Shown: positions 61,001 through 64,000 of the stretch, one piece after another | Layout: every line of letters begins with the position of its first letter | Numbering within the stretch: position 1 is the first letter of the stretch | NCBI GenBank assembly: GCA_951406725.2 | Contig: OX597825.1 | Coordinates: forward strand, 79,670,001 to 79,734,000 | Origin: Octopus vulgaris | Lineage: Eukaryota | Length of the DNA stretch: 64,000 nucleotides | Direction: 5' to 3' | Made by a program: the position numbers and the translations under genes | Notes under the pieces: generated by a model | What the model saw: only the letters and a program-made list of their open reading frames with translations | The model's database searches: none | Told to the model about the DNA's origin: nothing

Positions 61001-63474
61001 CTACGCAGAATCTTAAACTTTCTCCTGATTTTAGAAACGCTGTGCCAAAACGTTTCGTACCCTTTTGACAAACGATAAATTTATACTCAAATTCGAATTT
61101 ATATTTACATCTTTACAGGAAGTGGGGTCGTATAGGTTCTGGTGCAGTACAGAGTTCAGCAAACGATATGTCAAAATGGATGCGGTTCCTTCTAAACGGG
61201 AAACGTTCGTTTTTGTGTAATATTTTTGGAACCCGAAATTTTCTTGTACAAACTACAAATGTTTTTCGCCGACCGAAGATGCCAGTTGCATATATTAATG
61301 ATAAATATGCGCTTGGATGGAAAAAAGGTTTCTACAGAGGTTAGAATAAAGTTTTTATTTGGTTATATTTTAAATTTGTAGTTGGTTTGCAACGTTCTTG
61401 TTGTGAACTTGTGTGTTGGGGTATATTTTGTTGTCTCTCGGGGTGGTGGGGAGGTCACTATGTCAGTGATAAACAACACACTCATTCTACATCACTTGAT
61501 TTTATTTTTATTATGTCTCCGAGCTGGCAGAGTCGTTAGCACGCCGGGTGAAATGCTTGGCAGCATTTCGTCCGTCTCCACGCTCTGAGTTCAAATTCCA
61601 CCGAGGTCGACTTTGCCTTTCATTCTTTTGGAGTCGATGAAATAAGTACCAGTCACGCACTGGGGTCGTTGTAATCGACTAGTCCCCTCCCCCAAAATTT
61701 CAGGCCTTGTGCCTATAGTAGAAAGAATTATTATGTTCCTATTGGTTAACTATTTAACCAATTAAGTAATCGACGGTTTGATTAATCGTTCGATCAGTCA
61801 ATCACTCAGCTCTGTTTGTCAAGCTCTTTTCATCGCCCTTCACCACTTCATCAACGACATGCCTCCGGGACTAAATCTAGCTGACTGATTGGCTGGCAGA
61901 TCGCTTAAACGATCGATCAATTCATTGGTTAAAAAATTAACGAATTGACAAATAAAATAAAGTGAAATAGAACCAGTGCGTGTTTGTTATTGGCACGAAG
62001 GCGGCGAACTGGCGAAATGGTAGGCACACAGATAAAATGCTTCCTTCTCTCCGTTCTGAGTTCAAATTCCACCAAAGTCGGCTTCACCTTTCATCCTTTC
62101 GGTTCGGTGTCCAAAAAGAAGCACCAGTTGAGCAGTGGGGCTGATATAATTGATTAACCCCTCAAAACTCCAGGCTTTGCACCTATAGGAGAAAGAAAGG
62201 GTTACTGGTATATTGACCCTCTCCAGATATGATATGATTTGACGGCCGTACTTCGGGTCCGAAGATCATGAGGAAGAAGAAATAAGCCCTTAAGTGACCC
62301 TGTAATCCGATCCTTAAACCTTGGGGTACTTGGGGCAAATATCCTTGGTGAGGTGAGTGACGATTTCTTACATTAACCAAAGGATCATATATTTGCAAAG
62401 ATGGACTGTAGTCGTTTGAATTTGAACGCTACACACAATCTACGTAAATGAGTGAAACTCACGAAGCAATAAAAGAATTTGTAAATAATTAATTGCGACA
62501 GAAGCAGTAATTTAATGCCAAAAGGTAATATTTATCACCGCTTCAAAGTTGATGTTGTGTCAGAATACATAATAATACTGCGATAGTTACCATGAGAGAA
62601 CCTCTCATATGGACTTGTGGTGTATATAAAAACACTCGTTGTTCATATCGCTAGCGGGAAATAATCCTCCCTCATCGCTAGCGGGAAATAATCCTCCCTC
62701 ATCGCTACCGGGACTACCAGATCACATGGTTTCGACCTTCCTTCTTGACCTTGATGCCAATGGTAGATTGCCCGAAAGCAATCGCTAGCGATATACGTAG
62801 ATAAGAAACTCAAGTGTACAATCAGGCACTGATGTCGCTAAATAGCCAATGGGCTTCAATTCCGTTAACTGTTGCTCTTTTCATTTACGGTGTTGTCTTT
62901 TTTTCGATTTGCAGGATATCCCATTATAGTGCATACTGGAACAAACTGGGGGAATAATTTGGTGCTGACTTTGTTTCCTGAAGAAAAACTAGGAATTTTC
63001 GTTGCCCTTACTGGCTCAGATTTCCAAGCTTACAAAAGGACATTAGTAATGCAATATGTGGCTGATCTCTACCTTGGTAATGAACCCTGGATAAATGCGA
63101 GTTCCATCAAAGATTTCAAAGTCCCAAAATACAAACCAAGGTGTCCAAATCCACCTTCGAATGAAACAAACCGTTTTTACTTATTTGGAAGTCGGCCCAG
63201 CTATGAAGGAACCTACAGTAATTCTTTATGGGGAAATATTACCGTGACTAAGACCAAATCAGGAACTCTGCGATTCACATATGGTTTTGTAACATTCCAA
63301 TTAATTCCAAGCTCTAAAGCTTTTAGTTCGTTCACAGCAAAGGGAACTGGAGAAATGCGTTTCCTGAAACTGTCTTCGGTATATTTCGAAGTTTGCTCCA
63401 AAAGAGGGGTTGTAGCGATCACTGTTCCATCGTTCGAAAAGTTAATGCCACCGACATTTTGGAAAATAACTTAA
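55138..63474 (+). CDS. Gene 2: paralogous secreted beta-lactamase/PBP-like serine hydrolase, 516 aa; join(55138..55472,57078..57242,59155..59424,61119..61339,62915..63474)
   Basis: GT..AG introns with the same phases (2,2,2,1); 1551 nt open. FGLAS93LTK, DLLSHRMGLP, FMYSS, KILRPLGM, YALGW, VHTG. Confidence 0.92.
56075..56330 (-). mobile_element. Non-LTR restriction-like endonuclease relic
   Basis: EISFTADVN..KISEKENT..FIPLILGTLG. Confidence 0.45.
57078..57242 (+). CDS. Gene 2 coding exon 2
   Basis: TTTCAG acceptor, CA|GTAAAT donor; DIEFSTEQRTKYAN identical to gene 1. Confidence 0.92.
59155..59424 (+). CDS. Gene 2 coding exon 3 (YSS at 59204-59212)
   Basis: TTTCAACAG acceptor, CG|GTTTGT donor; ITEKLTNNTWE..EKILRPLGM. 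Confidence 0.92.
60163..60403. mobile_element. hAT MITE with perfect 8-bp TSD in gene 2 intron 3
   Basis: TIR CAGTGGTATTCAACC / GGTTGAAAAGCACTG; TSD CACTAGTG at 60155-60162 and 60404-60411; internal GGGTTCC repeats. Confidence 0.9.
60840..61000. repeat. Degenerate interstitial (TAACCC)n-like tract with ~57-bp tandem duplication
   Basis: CTAACCCTAACCCTAACC..; ACCCTAATCCTAAACACCAACCTCAAACC..CCCC present twice. Confidence 0.7.
61119..61339 (+). CDS. Gene 2 coding exon 4 (absent from the ORF track)
   Basis: Hand translation KWGRIGSGAVQSSANDMSKWMRFLLNGKRSFLCNIFGTRNFLVQTTNVFRRPKMPVAYINDKYALGWKKGFYRG; CTTTACAG acceptor, G|GTTAGA donor. Confidence 0.9.
61741..61945. mobile_element. Fold-back MITE-like element
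   Basis: ATTGGTTAA..TTAACCAAT / ATTGGTTAA..TTAACGAAT termini with inner complementary CAGTCAATCA.TCAGCT / AGCTGACTGATTGGCTG. Confidence 0.5.
62647..62712. repeat. 27-bp tandem repeat (2 exact copies plus partial)
   Basis: ATCGCTAGCGGGAAATAATCCTCCCTC x2. Confidence 0.85.
62915..63474 (+). CDS. Gene 2 coding exon 5 (HTG 62932-62940, DUF3471-like domain)
   Basis: TTTGCAG acceptor; GYPIIVHTG; YEGTYSNSLWGNITV; PSFEKLMPPTF; TAA stop. Confidence 0.92.
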
Positions 63475-63546
63475 AGAGAACGAAAATCAAAAACAGTATT
63501 TCATCGCAAACATTTCCGCTCCTCCACTTGATAATGACGACGATGA

Positions 63547-63622
<76 letters not shown>

Positions 63623-64000
63623 GCTGCTGCTGCTCGCATCTTTCGGAATTTGTTTATTAAAGTTAGCAGAACTTTTCGACTGTTCTGTTCTTCCGTATTA
63701 TTCAGGTGATTTATTTCTAAGCACGCTCGCTGGCACACATGCTATCACACGCACGCACACGAGCGCACAAACACTCACTTACACACACGTATCACATACA
63801 TACATTATATACATGCAATTTATTATGTCATACATTCTTTATACAGTACATACACGCATATATGACAAAATAAATTGCATACATTACACATATATATTAC
63901 ACACACACACTTATAAGACTCACACACACACACACATTTCATACAGAGATTCAGAAATGAAAATAAAAGCAAAAATTTTTTACAATAGTAATAAAAGGAT

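Noticed and set aside
62647-62712. CRISPR-like direct repeats (also 2064-2148 and 60176-60250)
   Set aside because: No unique spacers, no cas genes, eukaryotic context.

Overview
Animal genomic DNA, probably a coleoid cephalopod such as Octopus (inferred from the extreme TA/TATG/AAT/TAGA microsatellite load and the tRNA-derived SINE families). Most ORFs in the supplied track are microsatellite artefacts. The only host genes I can support are two tandem, same-strand, 5-coding-exon paralogs (27518-44080, 537 aa; 55138-63474, 516 aa). They encode secreted beta-lactamase/PBP-fold serine hydrolases (signal peptide, SxxK, Y-x-N/S, HTG, DUF3471-like C-terminus) with identical intron phases and a conserved proximal promoter. 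The rest is repeat-derived: SINEs, relics of R4/Dong-, RTE-, CR1- and Penelope-like retroelements, mariner elements, hAT MITEs and other hairpin elements. Reading both strands by eye I found about 11 minimal type-I hammerhead ribozyme motifs, with different but correctly pairing stems. One has an intact core and lies in sense orientation inside intron 1 of gene 1; another sits in a 294-bp retrozyme-like direct repeat. All calls were made by eye, without database searches.
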